From Gammaproteobacteria bacterium (lineage in GTDB: Bacteria; Pseudomonadota; Gammaproteobacteria; UBA4575): a stretch of 64,000 bases of DNA. Made by a program: the position numbers and the translations under genes. This document shows, in pieces, positions 41,279 through 50,982 of the stretch. Each line of letters begins with the position of its first letter. The stretch's first letter is position 1. The notes beneath the pieces are model-generated. The model saw nothing but the letters and a program-made list of their open reading frames with translations, searched no databases and was not told the DNA's origin. The stretch lies in the NCBI GenBank assembly GCA_965222615.1, contig CBDCUI010000008.1, positions 352,001 through 416,000 of the forward strand, written 5' to 3'.

Positions 41279-42154
41279 ATGAGCATTCTGATCAATAAAG
41301 ATACGCAAGTATTGTGTCAAGGTTTAACTGGTACACAAGGCACATTTCATACTGAACAGGCGATTGCCTATGGTACGAGTATGGTTGCCGGAGTTACTCC
41401 TGGTCGGGGCGGGTCAACACATTTAGATCTCCCTGTTTATGACACCATCGATCAAGCATTACGGCAACATGACATCGATGCCAGTGTTATCTATGTGCCT
41501 GCACCGTTTGCCGCAGATGCTATTCTGGAAGCTATCTATGCAGAAATTAAATTAATCGTCTGCATCACAGAGGGTGTTCCCGTTTTAGACATGATAAAGG
41601 TCAATGCAGTTTTGCAAGACAGTGATTCTCTTTTAGTTGGACCTAATTGCCCAGGAGTAATCACACCTGACGAATGCAAGATTGGCATCATGCCGGGTGA
41701 CATCCACCGTGCCGGCAGTGTAGGAATCGTGTCAAGATCCGGGACCTTAACCTATGTGGCAGTGAATCAAACTACTCAGCATGGATTGGGTCAGACAACC
41801 TGTGTAGGAATTGGTGGAGATCCCATTCACGGTTTGGACTTTATAGATTGCTTGCAGTTATTTGAAGACGATGCAGCAACCCAAGGTATTATTATGGTGG
41901 GCGAAATTGGTGGTACCGCCGAAGAAGAAGCGGCAGAGTTTATTCAAGAAAAAGTCACTAAGCCGGTCGTTGGCTATATTGCTGGAGTTACGGCTCCACC
42001 AGGTAAGCGCATGGGACACGCAGGTGCGATTATTAGTGGTGGGAAGGGCACTGCAGAACAAAAGTTTAAGGCGCTGGAAAAAGCTGGAGTATCTACCGTA
42101 CACACCCCTGCAGACATTGGTATACAAATAAGTAAGCTTCTTGAAGCCATATAG
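41279..42154 (+). CDS. sucD: Succinyl-CoA synthetase alpha subunit
   Basis: [38 protein letters not shown]. Confidence 0.98.
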   Translation: MSILINKDTQVLCQGLTGTQGTFHTEQAIAYGTSMVAGVTPGRGGSTHLDLPVYDTIDQALRQHDIDASVIYVPAPFAADAILEAIYAEIKLIVCITEGVPVLDMIKVNAVLQDSDSLLVGPNCPGVITPDECKIGIMPGDIHRAGSVGIVSRSGTLTYVAVNQTTQHGLGQTTCVGIGGDPIHGLDFIDCLQLFEDDAATQGIIMVGEIGGTAEEEAAEFIQEKVTKPVVGYIAGVTAPPGKRMGHAGAIISGGKGTAEQKFKALEKAGVSTVHTPADIGIQISKLLEAI

Positions 42155-42169
42155 AACCAATAGTTTCTA

Positions 42170-43801
42170 ATGCAAGACACACTAAACATTGCCCTGGCGC
42201 AAGCAAATTTTTTAGTTGGGGATGTAGAAGGCAATACCCAACAAATTATCGATAATATTAATTTTGCACGCAAACATTTGCATGCTGACATTGTAGTATT
42301 TTCAGAATTGTCACTTACCGGTTATCCGCTAGAAGATCTTTTATTTCGTTCTTCGATTTTGCAGCGCGTTGATCAAGCGATTGAAACTATAAAAAAACAA
42401 GTTAAAGATATTTATATTTTATTGGGCGCACCAACCAGAGAAGGTGAGCAACTATTTAATTCAGCACTGCTTCTTTATAACTCAGAGATTGTGGCAACAT
42501 ATCATAAGCAACGCTTACCCAATTATGAAGTATTTGATGAAAAGCGTTATTTCACTCAAGGTGATGATGCATGCGTTATAAAAATTAAAGACATTAATAT
42601 TGGATTTACAATTTGTGAAGATATCTGGTTTCCGGAGCCGCTACAAAAATGTACAAACGCGGGTGCAGAGCTTGTTATCAATATTAATGCCAGTCCGTAT
42701 TGTATAGATAAAACCCTTGATCGTATCGATGTGCTAAAAACGCGAGTAGTGGAGCAAAATATTCCAATAATTTATGTCAATCAAATCGGTGGACAAGATG
42801 AACTGGTATTTGACGGGGAATCCTTATGTATAAATAAGCAAGGTAAATTATGTTTGCAGGCACCTGCCTTTGAGCAAGGCGTATATACGGTCCAATATTC
42901 AAAAGATAAAAATGATTTGTTACCGAGCGACTGTATGTATTCATCTTTGCCAAAATTACAGTCAGTTTATGCTGCCATTGTGCTAGGCGTGCAAGATTAC
43001 GTACGAAAAAATAAATTTGATGGAGTAATTTTAGGTTTATCTGGTGGCATCGATTCTGCTCTAACACTTGTAATCGCAGTGGATGCGCTGGGTGCAGACC
43101 GAGTGCATGCCATGATGATGCCATTTCATTACACTTCGAATATCAGCCTTGAAGATGCACAACAAATGGCTGAGCAGTTAGGGGTACAGTATGATGAGGT
43201 GCCAATTGAGACTGCCTATGAAGCAATTACTACAAGTCTTGCACCATTATTTGTTGGCTTGCCAGAAGATGTGACTGAAGAAAATATTCAGTCGCGTATC
43301 CGTGGATTATTTTTAATGGCAGTATCCAATAAAACCGGCAATATGTTGTTAACTACGGGCAATAAAAGTGAAATGTCTGTCGGCTACGCAACACTATATG
43401 GCGATATGGCAGGGGGCTTTGCTCCACTAAAAGATGTATCAAAAACACTTGTATATGAGCTCGCACAATATAGAAATGAAATTAGTAAAGTTATTCCAGA
43501 ACGAGTGATTACTCGTGTGCCTTCAGCAGAGTTATCCCCGGATCAAGTTGATCAAGACAGTTTGCCACCTTATGAAATTTTAGACCCGATTCTCGAAAAA
43601 TTTGTAGAGCAGGATTTACCCATTGATCAAATCGTAGCGGAAGGGTTTGATAAGCAAGTAGTACAAAGAGTGGCAAACATGGTATTGCGTAATGAATATA
43701 AACGTCGTCAAACGCCCCCAGGGGTTAAAATAACCCGGCGTGCTTTTGGTAAAGACCGCCGTTATCCAATTACATCGGGATTTTTAAGAACTAACAGCTA
43801 A
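42170..43801 (+). CDS. nadE: Glutamine-dependent NAD+ synthetase
   Basis: Nitrilase domain (ELSLTGYP, FDEKRYF, ICEDIW) plus GLSGGIDS, ENIQSRIRG, TGNKSE, SAEL, EYKRRQ. Confidence 0.97.
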   Translation: MQDTLNIALAQANFLVGDVEGNTQQIIDNINFARKHLHADIVVFSELSLTGYPLEDLLFRSSILQRVDQAIETIKKQVKDIYILLGAPTREGEQLFNSALLLYNSEIVATYHKQRLPNYEVFDEKRYFTQGDDACVIKIKDINIGFTICEDIWFPEPLQKCTNAGAELVININASPYCIDKTLDRIDVLKTRVVEQNIPIIYVNQIGGQDELVFDGESLCINKQGKLCLQAPAFEQGVYTVQYSKDKNDLLPSDCMYSSLPKLQSVYAAIVLGVQDYVRKNKFDGVILGLSGGIDSALTLVIAVDALGADRVHAMMMPFHYTSNISLEDAQQMAEQLGVQYDEVPIETAYEAITTSLAPLFVGLPEDVTEENIQSRIRGLFLMAVSNKTGNMLLTTGNKSEMSVGYATLYGDMAGGFAPLKDVSKTLVYELAQYRNEISKVIPERVITRVPSAELSPDQVDQDSLPPYEILDPILEKFVEQDLPIDQIVAEGFDKQVVQRVANMVLRNEYKRRQTPPGVKITRRAFGKDRRYPITSGFLRTNS

Positions 43802-43880
43802 AAAGTTACTTTAATATGGCATTTAATAAATTAGTTGCATCTTCCCTGACGGATATCTTATTTGCACTTTCTTGTACTCA

Positions 43881-43958
43881 CTGGATTGCTTCGTTTCACT
43901 CGCAATGACGAGAAAAATACGTCACTGCGAACAAGCGTAAGCTTGTGTGGCAGTCCAG
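43881..43958. repeat. Inverted doublet of REP-like units between convergent nadE and bamD
   Basis: CTGGATTGCTTCG...TCGCAATGACG, short spacer, then CGTCACTGCGA-ACAAGC-GTAA-GCTTGT-GTGGCAGTCCAG. Confidence 0.82.
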
Positions 43959-44029
43959 TATCGTAGTTGTTTTTTCTCTAGCTAACTTTAATTGGTTACA
44001 AAAGTAGAAAAATGCCCCATATATTTTCT

Positions 44030-44932
44030 CTAGTTGCAGTAATAAGTTCTAAGTCGCAACTTCTCAAGCATTTTGCTCCATAAACCTTCTGCACAGCTTT
44101 CCGTTTCGCGTGCAAAATCTTGATCAATAAGTCCAGTTTTGCCTGTTTTGAAATTTTGTACAAATACCCGATTAGTATCTTCAGCCAGGTCATCAATACC
44201 AAGTTTTAAATAAGCTTGTTCTAATATGTAAACTGCTTCAGACATTGCTTCTGCACCCTGATAATTTTCCATGACATACTTTGCACGATTTGCTGAAGCT
44301 ACATAGGCACCTCTGCGCATATAAAACTTTGCTACATTGAGTTCGTATTCGGCAAGCTCATTGCGCAAATAGATCATGCGTAATTTTGCATCATCAGCAT
44401 ATTCGCTATTAGGGAATTTATCGATGAGCAGACTAAAAACATCAAATGCTTCACGTAGAGACGTGGGATCATTGTCTGATGGATTGCGAGGTAATACGTA
44501 ATGTATAAGGTTTTTACCACTATCAAAAGTAATGAGTCCTTTCATGTAATAGGCGTAATCAATGCTTGGATGTAGTGGGTTTAATTTAATAAAACGATTA
44601 ATACTGTCCAAAGCAAGTTCTATATTATTTTGTTTGTAATAGGCATAGGCGAGTTCAAGTTGTGCTTGTTGTGCATAACGCCCAAAGGGGTAGCGCGCTT
44701 CCAAAACTTCAAAATCTTCAATTGCTCCGGTAAATTCTTTGCTTATTAATTGCACATGTGCCTTTTTATATAATCTTGCAGCGGTTTCGTTTGCTGCAAT
44801 TTCAGGGTCTTTTTCTTTTTCGTCTTTACCAAACAGACCAAAAACCGAGCAGCTTGAAAGACATACGATGCACGTTATGACAAAGGTATATCGCCAAATA
44901 GATTCAAATGTTGTAACCATGTACTCTTTCAT
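44030..44932 (-). CDS. bamD: Outer membrane assembly lipoprotein BamD (ComL)
   Basis: Lipobox LSSC, YPFGRYAQQAQLELAYAYY, DYAYYMKGL, LRN.LAEYEL.VA.FY..RGAY; divergent from rluD. Confidence 0.95.
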   Translation of the reverse strand: MKEYMVTTFESIWRYTFVITCIVCLSSCSVFGLFGKDEKEKDPEIAANETAARLYKKAHVQLISKEFTGAIEDFEVLEARYPFGRYAQQAQLELAYAYYKQNNIELALDSINRFIKLNPLHPSIDYAYYMKGLITFDSGKNLIHYVLPRNPSDNDPTSLREAFDVFSLLIDKFPNSEYADDAKLRMIYLRNELAEYELNVAKFYMRRGAYVASANRAKYVMENYQGAEAMSEAVYILEQAYLKLGIDDLAEDTNRVFVQNFKTGKTGLIDQDFARETESCAEGLWSKMLEKLRLRTYYCN

Positions 44933-44975
44933 ATTAATTTAAGTATAACCATATTTGGTCTAAATCCGAACTGCT

Positions 44976-45917
44976 ATGACTGAGAAACAGCAATTATGTA
45001 GTGTGATTCCTGATTCTTTTAAGGGTTTACGTTTAGACAATGCTCTTGTGCAATTGTTTCCAGACTATTCAAGGGCAAGATTACAAAAATGGATTCGAAG
45101 TGGTGATGTATCCGTAAACGGTAAAATAATGCGTCCCAAAGATACCGTGCTTGGGGGTGAGCAAGTAATACTGCAAGTCGAGTTAGTAGATGAAGTCTAT
45201 TTAGAACCAGAGGCGATTGACATAGACATTGTGTATGAAGATGAATTTATTCTAGTAATCAATAAGCCAGCAAACCTAGTCGTACATCCTGGTGCTGGTA
45301 ACATTTCTGGAACCTTGGCGAATGCCTTGCTTTATTATGATCCTAGTCTTCGTTCTATTCCAAGAGTTGGTATCGTGCATCGACTTGATAAAGATACTAC
45401 TGGTTTAATGGTTGTGGCGAAACAACTTAAAAGTCACGCTAGTCTTGTGAAACAATTACAGCAAAGAACAGTCAGTCGAAAATATATTGCGCTTGTACAT
45501 GGAGAAGTTATTGCAGGGGATAGCGTGAATGCTGCGATCGGTAGACATCCTGTTGATCGCAAACGTATGGCAGTTACTTCTTCTGGCAAAACTGCAATTA
45601 CTTACTATCGTATACGTCAGCGTTATAATTTATGCACTTTATTGGATGTGCAGCTGGAAACTGGTCGAACTCATCAAATACGTGTGCATATGGCGCATAT
45701 AAAACAGCCGATTGTAGGTGATCCTGTATATGGAAGGAAAGTTAAGCAGACTAATGACGTTAATCAAATTGCATTGGCAAAATTTTCACGTCAAGCTTTA
45801 CATGCTGCAAATTTGTCATTAACCCATCCCAGTAGTAATACAACTTGTGAGTGGAGTGTTTCAATCCCTGATGATTTTCAATCATTACTGGATTCACTCC
45901 AGATGAAAGAAAAATAA
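44976..45917 (+). CDS. rluD: 23S rRNA pseudouridine synthase RluD
   Basis: S4 domain RLD, NKP..LVVHPG, GIVHRLDKDTTGL, LETGRTHQIRVH, RQALHA. Confidence 0.96.
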   Translation: MTEKQQLCSVIPDSFKGLRLDNALVQLFPDYSRARLQKWIRSGDVSVNGKIMRPKDTVLGGEQVILQVELVDEVYLEPEAIDIDIVYEDEFILVINKPANLVVHPGAGNISGTLANALLYYDPSLRSIPRVGIVHRLDKDTTGLMVVAKQLKSHASLVKQLQQRTVSRKYIALVHGEVIAGDSVNAAIGRHPVDRKRMAVTSSGKTAITYYRIRQRYNLCTLLDVQLETGRTHQIRVHMAHIKQPIVGDPVYGRKVKQTNDVNQIALAKFSRQALHAANLSLTHPSSNTTCEWSVSIPDDFQSLLDSLQMKEK

Positions 45918-45922
45918 AGTGT

Positions 45923-46666
45923 ATGTCACAGCTTGACTGGATAAGACCGGATTGGCCAGCCCCAGAAAATGTAGCGGCTTTCACAACGACACGTAATGGT
46001 GGTTGTAGCCAAGGCAACTATTCAAGTTTTAATCTCGGTCATCATGTAGGTGATGATGCGGAGCATGTCAAATTCAACCGTGACGTTTTAAACAAACAAT
46101 TGCACTTACCTAGTGAACCGATTTGGTTAAATCAAGGACATGGCACTGATGTTTTAGAAGTAACATCTTTGAAAACTAGTAACCCAGAAGCCGATGCGGC
46201 ATATACGACTGAAGTTAGAAAAGTTTGTGTAGTGCTAACCGCAGATTGTCTTCCAGTGTTGTTTTGTGATTCACAGGGAAGTTGTGTAGCCGTTGTACAT
46301 GCGGGTTGGCGAGGACTACTTCGAGGCGTGTTGGAATGTACGTTAAACTCTCTACCGATAGAATCTAGTCAGCTACTTTGTTGGTTGGGGCCGGCTATAG
46401 GACCCACTAAATTTGAAGTGGGTGCGGAAGTAAGAGAGCAATTTATTCAAAAAGATCCTGAACATAAGGGAGCCTTTGATAATATTGCTGTGGGAAAATA
46501 TCTTGCCAATCTCTACAAAATGGGGCGACACATCCTAAATACTCAGGGTGTAAAAGCGATTTATGGAGGAGGGTATTGTACTTTCTCCGATGATCAGCGA
46601 TTTTATTCCTACCGGCGTGATGGCCAGACTGGACGTATGGCGTCACTAATTTGGCTTAAATCATAA
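45923..46666 (+). CDS. pgeF: PgeF/YfiH family protein
   Basis: TTR.GG, NLG.HVGD, W.NQ.H, TADCLPV, HAGWRG, GPAIG, SYRR. Confidence 0.94.
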   Translation: MSQLDWIRPDWPAPENVAAFTTTRNGGCSQGNYSSFNLGHHVGDDAEHVKFNRDVLNKQLHLPSEPIWLNQGHGTDVLEVTSLKTSNPEADAAYTTEVRKVCVVLTADCLPVLFCDSQGSCVAVVHAGWRGLLRGVLECTLNSLPIESSQLLCWLGPAIGPTKFEVGAEVREQFIQKDPEHKGAFDNIAVGKYLANLYKMGRHILNTQGVKAIYGGGYCTFSDDQRFYSYRRDGQTGRMASLIWLKS

Positions 46667-46686
46667 TTATTTATATAGCTGTCTAG

Positions 46687-46714
46687 TTGAAAATAGTTAG
46701 GCATGACACCATAT
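46687..46714 (+). promoter_or_regulatory. Probable sigma-32 promoter of clpB
   Basis: TTGAAA-N14-CACCATAT, close to the RpoH consensus TTGAAA-N13/14-CCCCATNT. Confidence 0.7.
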
Positions 46715-46756
46715 ATATAACAATATTGAATAATTTGTTGATGGGAGAAACCCGGC

Positions 46757-49348
46757 ATGCGAATGGATAAATTAACCACTAAATTTCAGCAGGCGCTACA
46801 AGAGGCCCAATCTTTGGCAGTGGGCCGCGAGCATCAATTTATTGAACCGGTTCATCTCATGTATGCCATGCTGGCGCAGGAAAATAGTACAGTTGCGGCT
46901 TTGTTCATGCGTGCTGGAACTGACGCCAATCAATTAAAGCAGCGCTGTGATGAAGCCATGCAACGTTTGCCAACCGTATCCGGCAATGCAGGTGAAGTTC
47001 ATGTATCGAATGTGCTAGGTAATTTATTAAACGTAACAGACAAGTTGGCGCAACAACAAGGTGATGAGTTTATTGCGTCGGAAATTTTTGCTTTAGCGGC
47101 CCTAGAAGATAAAGGGGAACTGGGTAAAATTCTAAAAGAATTAGGGGCTAATAAATCATCAGTTACAACAGCGTTAAAGGCGATGCGAGAAGGCGAAAAC
47201 GTAAACGATCCGAATGCCGAAGATACCCGTCAAGCATTAAGTAAATATTCGATTGATCTCACTGAACGTGCAGTACAGGGAAAGTTAGACCCTGTGATTG
47301 GTCGGGACGATGAAATTCGTCGCGCGATACAAGTTTTGCAAAGACGCACAAAAAATAATCCCGTGCTGATTGGTGAGCCTGGTGTAGGGAAAACTGCAAT
47401 TGTTGAAGGTTTGGCACAACGAATTGTTAATGGTGAGGTGCCTGAGGGTATTAAAAACAAAAAACTGCTCTCACTAGATTTAAGTGCATTGATTGCTGGA
47501 GCAAAGTTTCGTGGCGAGTTTGAAGAGCGTCTAAAGGCAGTTTTAAAAGAGCTCTCAAAGCAAGAAGGACAAATTATTTTATTCATCGATGAGTTGCATA
47601 CTATGGTAGGCGCAGGTAAGGCCGAAGGTGCAATGGATGCTGGAAATATGTTGAAACCTGCATTGGCGCGTGGCGAGCTTCACTGTGTCGGAGCCACCAC
47701 ACTTGATGAATATCGACAATATATCGAAAAGGATGCGGCATTAGAGCGACGTTTTCAAAAAATCATTGTTGATGAACCCAGTGTGGAAGACACCATTGCC
47801 ATTTTGCGGGGTCTTAAGGAACGTTATGAAGTGCATCATGGTGTAGACATCACCGACCCAGCCATCGTCAGTGCCGCGACACTTTCACACCGTTATATTT
47901 CAGACCGACAGTTGCCAGATAAGGCGATTGACCTTATTGATGAAGCCGCTTCGCAAATCCGTATGGAAATAGATTCTAAGCCCGAAGCTATGGATAAACT
48001 CGATCGTAAATTGATTCAACTAAAAATTGAAAGAGAGGCATTGAAAAAAGAATCAGATGAAGCCTCTAAAAAGCATCTGGCGGAACTAGAAACAGAAATT
48101 GAAAAACTTGAGAAGGAATATGCTGATCTTGAGGAGATTTGGCGATCAGAAAAAGCAACTTTACAAGGTTCAAAGGAGCTCAAAGAAGCACTTGAACAAG
48201 CGCGTATTGAACTTGAAGCCGCGCATCGTGCTGGTGATTTAACCAAAATGTCTGAGCTTCAATATGGACGTATTCCAGAGTTAGAAAAGCAATTGCAGCA
48301 ATCTAGTGATGTGAATAAACGAGAGCATAAACTATTGCGTAATAAAGTTACGGATGCCGAAGTAGCTGAAATAGTTTCGCGTTGGACGGGTATTCCAGTG
48401 GCGAAAATGTTGTCAGGAGAGCGCGAAAGACTTTTGCAAATGGAACAGCAATTGCGTAAGCGAGTGGTTGGTCAGGACGAAGCCATACAAGTGGTATCGG
48501 ATGCGGTGCGTAGGGCTCGAGCAGGAATTTCTGATCCCAAACGACCAAACGGATCATTTTTGTTTCTTGGCCCAACTGGGGTGGGCAAAACAGAACTGAC
48601 TAAGGCGTTAACAGAGTTTTTGTTTGACACTGAAGATGCGCTCATTCGTGTTGATATGTCTGAGTTCATGGAAAAACATTCCGTTGCCCGCTTAATTGGT
48701 GCACCACCAGGATATGTAGGTTATGAAGAAGGTGGTTATTTAACCGAAGCAGTGCGCCGCAAACCCTATAGCGTAGTGTTAATGGATGAAATCGAAAAAG
48801 CACATCCCGATGTATTTAATGTGCTTCTGCAAGTATTGGATGATGGGCGTCTTACAGATGGACATGGTCGTACTGTGGATTTTAAAAATACAGTAGTCAT
48901 TATGACTTCCAATCTTGGCAGTGATGTCATACAAGAACTTGCAGGTACTGAGAACTATGAAAAAATGAAAGCTGCAGTGATGGAGATTGTAAGCGCTCGA
49001 TTTAGGCCCGAGTTTATTAACCGCATTGATGATGCCATTGTATTTCATCCATTGGCAAAAGAGCACATACGTAAAATTACTGAAATTCAATTAGCTCATT
49101 TGCAAACGAGATTGAATGATCGAGATATTAAGCTTGAATACTCAGAAGCTGCACTTGCTAAACTTTCTGAAGCAGGGTTTGATCCAGTCTATGGTGCACG
49201 TCCTTTAAAACGAGCCATTCAAGATTTGGTAGAGAATCCCCTGGCACAAGCATTGTTGGCTGGAGACATTCTTACCGGTCAGGTGATTCAAGTGGATGTA
49301 GATGGTGAAAAACTAATTTTCACACATATTAATTCTATCGCAGCCTAA
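46757..49348 (+). CDS. clpB: Chaperone/disaggregase ClpB
   Basis: Two AAA+ modules ([16 protein letters not shown]), coiled-coil M domain, GARPLKR. Confidence 0.99.
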   Translation: MRMDKLTTKFQQALQEAQSLAVGREHQFIEPVHLMYAMLAQENSTVAALFMRAGTDANQLKQRCDEAMQRLPTVSGNAGEVHVSNVLGNLLNVTDKLAQQQGDEFIASEIFALAALEDKGELGKILKELGANKSSVTTALKAMREGENVNDPNAEDTRQALSKYSIDLTERAVQGKLDPVIGRDDEIRRAIQVLQRRTKNNPVLIGEPGVGKTAIVEGLAQRIVNGEVPEGIKNKKLLSLDLSALIAGAKFRGEFEERLKAVLKELSKQEGQIILFIDELHTMVGAGKAEGAMDAGNMLKPALARGELHCVGATTLDEYRQYIEKDAALERRFQKIIVDEPSVEDTIAILRGLKERYEVHHGVDITDPAIVSAATLSHRYISDRQLPDKAIDLIDEAASQIRMEIDSKPEAMDKLDRKLIQLKIEREALKKESDEASKKHLAELETEIEKLEKEYADLEEIWRSEKATLQGSKELKEALEQARIELEAAHRAGDLTKMSELQYGRIPELEKQLQQSSDVNKREHKLLRNKVTDAEVAEIVSRWTGIPVAKMLSGERERLLQMEQQLRKRVVGQDEAIQVVSDAVRRARAGISDPKRPNGSFLFLGPTGVGKTELTKALTEFLFDTEDALIRVDMSEFMEKHSVARLIGAPPGYVGYEEGGYLTEAVRRKPYSVVLMDEIEKAHPDVFNVLLQVLDDGRLTDGHGRTVDFKNTVVIMTSNLGSDVIQELAGTENYEKMKAAVMEIVSARFRPEFINRIDDAIVFHPLAKEHIRKITEIQLAHLQTRLNDRDIKLEYSEAALAKLSEAGFDPVYGARPLKRAIQDLVENPLAQALLAGDILTGQVIQVDVDGEKLIFTHINSIAA

Positions 49349-49349
49349 T

Positions 49350-49381
49350 AAAAAAAGAGGTAACTTAGGTTACCTCTTTTT
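49350..49381. terminator. Bidirectional intrinsic terminator between clpB and the repeat-protein gene
   Basis: AAAAAAAGAGGTAAC-TTAG-GTTACCTCTTTTT. Confidence 0.9.
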
Positions 49382-49395
49382 AATTTTTCGAAAAA

Positions 49396-49857
49396 TTAAT
49401 GCTTTCGATTAAAACGTTGACCCTTTCGATCTAAGCGTCGGTCGATGCGGTCACCCTTTCGATCTAATCTACGATCGATACGGTCACCTTTTCGATCTAG
49501 ACGATGATCGATGCGATCTCCTTTGCGATCCAAGCGATTATTCGCAATATCACCTTTGCGTTCAAGACGGTCGGCAAGGCCATCTTTGCCTGCGGCACGT
49601 GCGCGATCCGCTTTATGATCAAAACGTCTTTCAATTCGATCTCCCTTTCGATCCAAGCGTCGGTCAACACGATCGCCTTTACGGTCTAAGCGGTGGTCTA
49701 TACGATCACCTTTGTGATCTAAGCGATGTTCAATTCGATCGCCTTTACGATCTAAATAATCTTCGACCTTATCGCCTTTGTCGGCACTCGCGATAGATGT
49801 GTTAAATACTAGTACGAGTGTGGCAAGGATAGAAATTGTATTTACATTGTTATTCAT
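49396..49857 (-). CDS. Secreted hypothetical protein made of 11-residue DRKGDRIDRRL repeats
   Basis: Signal peptide ending ASA, about ten 11-mer repeats with synonymous DNA variation, GGAG RBS. Confidence 0.85.
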   Translation of the reverse strand: MNNNVNTISILATLVLVFNTSIASADKGDKVEDYLDRKGDRIEHRLDHKGDRIDHRLDRKGDRVDRRLDRKGDRIERRFDHKADRARAAGKDGLADRLERKGDIANNRLDRKGDRIDHRLDRKGDRIDRRLDRKGDRIDRRLDRKGQRFNRKH

Positions 49858-49892
49858 ACAGATAACTCCAGTTGTGTTGTAGTTACTGTATT

Positions 49893-49920
49893 AAACGCTC
49901 GAAGTTGATTTTGGTTGACA
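49893..49920 (-). promoter_or_regulatory. Candidate ECF-sigma promoter of the repeat-protein gene
   Basis: Minus strand TGTCAAC-N16-CGTTT fits the generic ECF AAC-N16/17-CGT pattern. Confidence 0.4.
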
Positions 49921-49986
49921 ATTTTTATTTAATTTGTAACCAATTGAATTAAAATGGATTAAGTTTCTTTAATAAAACTATAGAAT

Positions 49987-50832
49987 TTATTTTCGTTCTA
50001 CCTTTGACGATTTGACCAGCAGGTAATCTAAGCTCTTGGTTGGAAGAATTCTCTTCAAGATCGCAAACAAATAGGTTGGGAAAGTTACATAATATCTTGC
50101 TTTAGGGTTAGCACTTTCGAGTGCATGAATGACTTTTTGTGTCACGGCCTCTGGGTCTAAGGTGAAAGGTACAACCGGTCCATCTTTTTTTAATTTTGCT
50201 TCCGTTGCTTGATAAATTGTATGGAATCGGCTGCTTTTACTATCGATATTTTTTTTAAACAGTTGCAAGCTATTTTGGCGAAAACGACTGGTGATTGGAC
50301 CAGGCTCAATAAGAGAAACATGTATGTTGGTATCAGCTAATTCTAAACGCAAAGTATCTGTAATGCCTTCCAAGGCGAATTTTGAAGCGATATATGCACC
50401 ACGTAATGGCATGGCAACAAAACCAAGTACCGAACTAATCTGAATAATTCTTCCATATCCATGTGTATGCATGGTTGGGATTATTTTATTTGTGAGTTCG
50501 ACTAAACCAAATAAATTGGTTTCAAATTGCTCTTGTAATACTTTGCGAGAAAGGTCTTCTACTGCTCCAGGTTGTCCGAAACCTGCGTTATTAATGAGTG
50601 CAAACAGTTTTCCCTGTGTTTCATCGAGTACTGTTTCGACAGCTAGCTGAATACTATCTGAATCTGCCATGTCTAGTTCAAGGCAATGTAAACCTTTTTG
50701 AGTAAGTGCTTCTACATCTTGTTGTTTTCTTGCAGAAGCAAATATTTTGTAGCCACGTTGTTGCAAAGTTTGCGCAATGTGTAATCCAATTCCTGAAGAG
50801 CAGCCTGTGATTAGAACGGATTTGTCCTGCAT
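49987..50832 (-). CDS. Short-chain dehydrogenase/reductase (YbbO-like)
   Basis: ITGCSSGIG, NNAG, SS, YIASK, IEPGP. Confidence 0.92.
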   Translation of the reverse strand: MQDKSVLITGCSSGIGLHIAQTLQQRGYKIFASARKQQDVEALTQKGLHCLELDMADSDSIQLAVETVLDETQGKLFALINNAGFGQPGAVEDLSRKVLQEQFETNLFGLVELTNKIIPTMHTHGYGRIIQISSVLGFVAMPLRGAYIASKFALEGITDTLRLELADTNIHVSLIEPGPITSRFRQNSLQLFKKNIDSKSSRFHTIYQATEAKLKKDGPVVPFTLDPEAVTQKVIHALESANPKARYYVTFPTYLFAILKRILPTKSLDYLLVKSSKVERK

Positions 50833-50918
50833 GGTAGTAAATTACCCTCAATATCGTAACGATAAAAATTAGATTCTATTTAGATGATGCACTTTGAAGA
50901 GTAAATGTATTCAGACAT

Positions 50919-50953
50919 AAAAAAGCCGGACTTCGCGAGAAGTCCGGCTTTTT
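50919..50953 (-). terminator. Intrinsic terminator after the solute-binding protein gene
   Basis: AAAAAAGCCGGACTTC-gcga-GAAGTCCGGCTTTTT. Confidence 0.9.
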
Positions 50954-50982
50954 AAATGTTGACTTAAATTTTAAGACTTAGC

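Noticed and set aside
38365-49348. pilS-sucCD-nadE-bamD-rluD-pgeF-clpB gene order as unusual
   Set aside because: Similar orders are familiar from other gammaproteobacteria; ordinary housekeeping region
49410-49770. 33-bp DNA repeats as a CRISPR array or VNTR
   Set aside because: Repeats are contiguous, in frame and vary mainly at synonymous sites, so they are protein-coding
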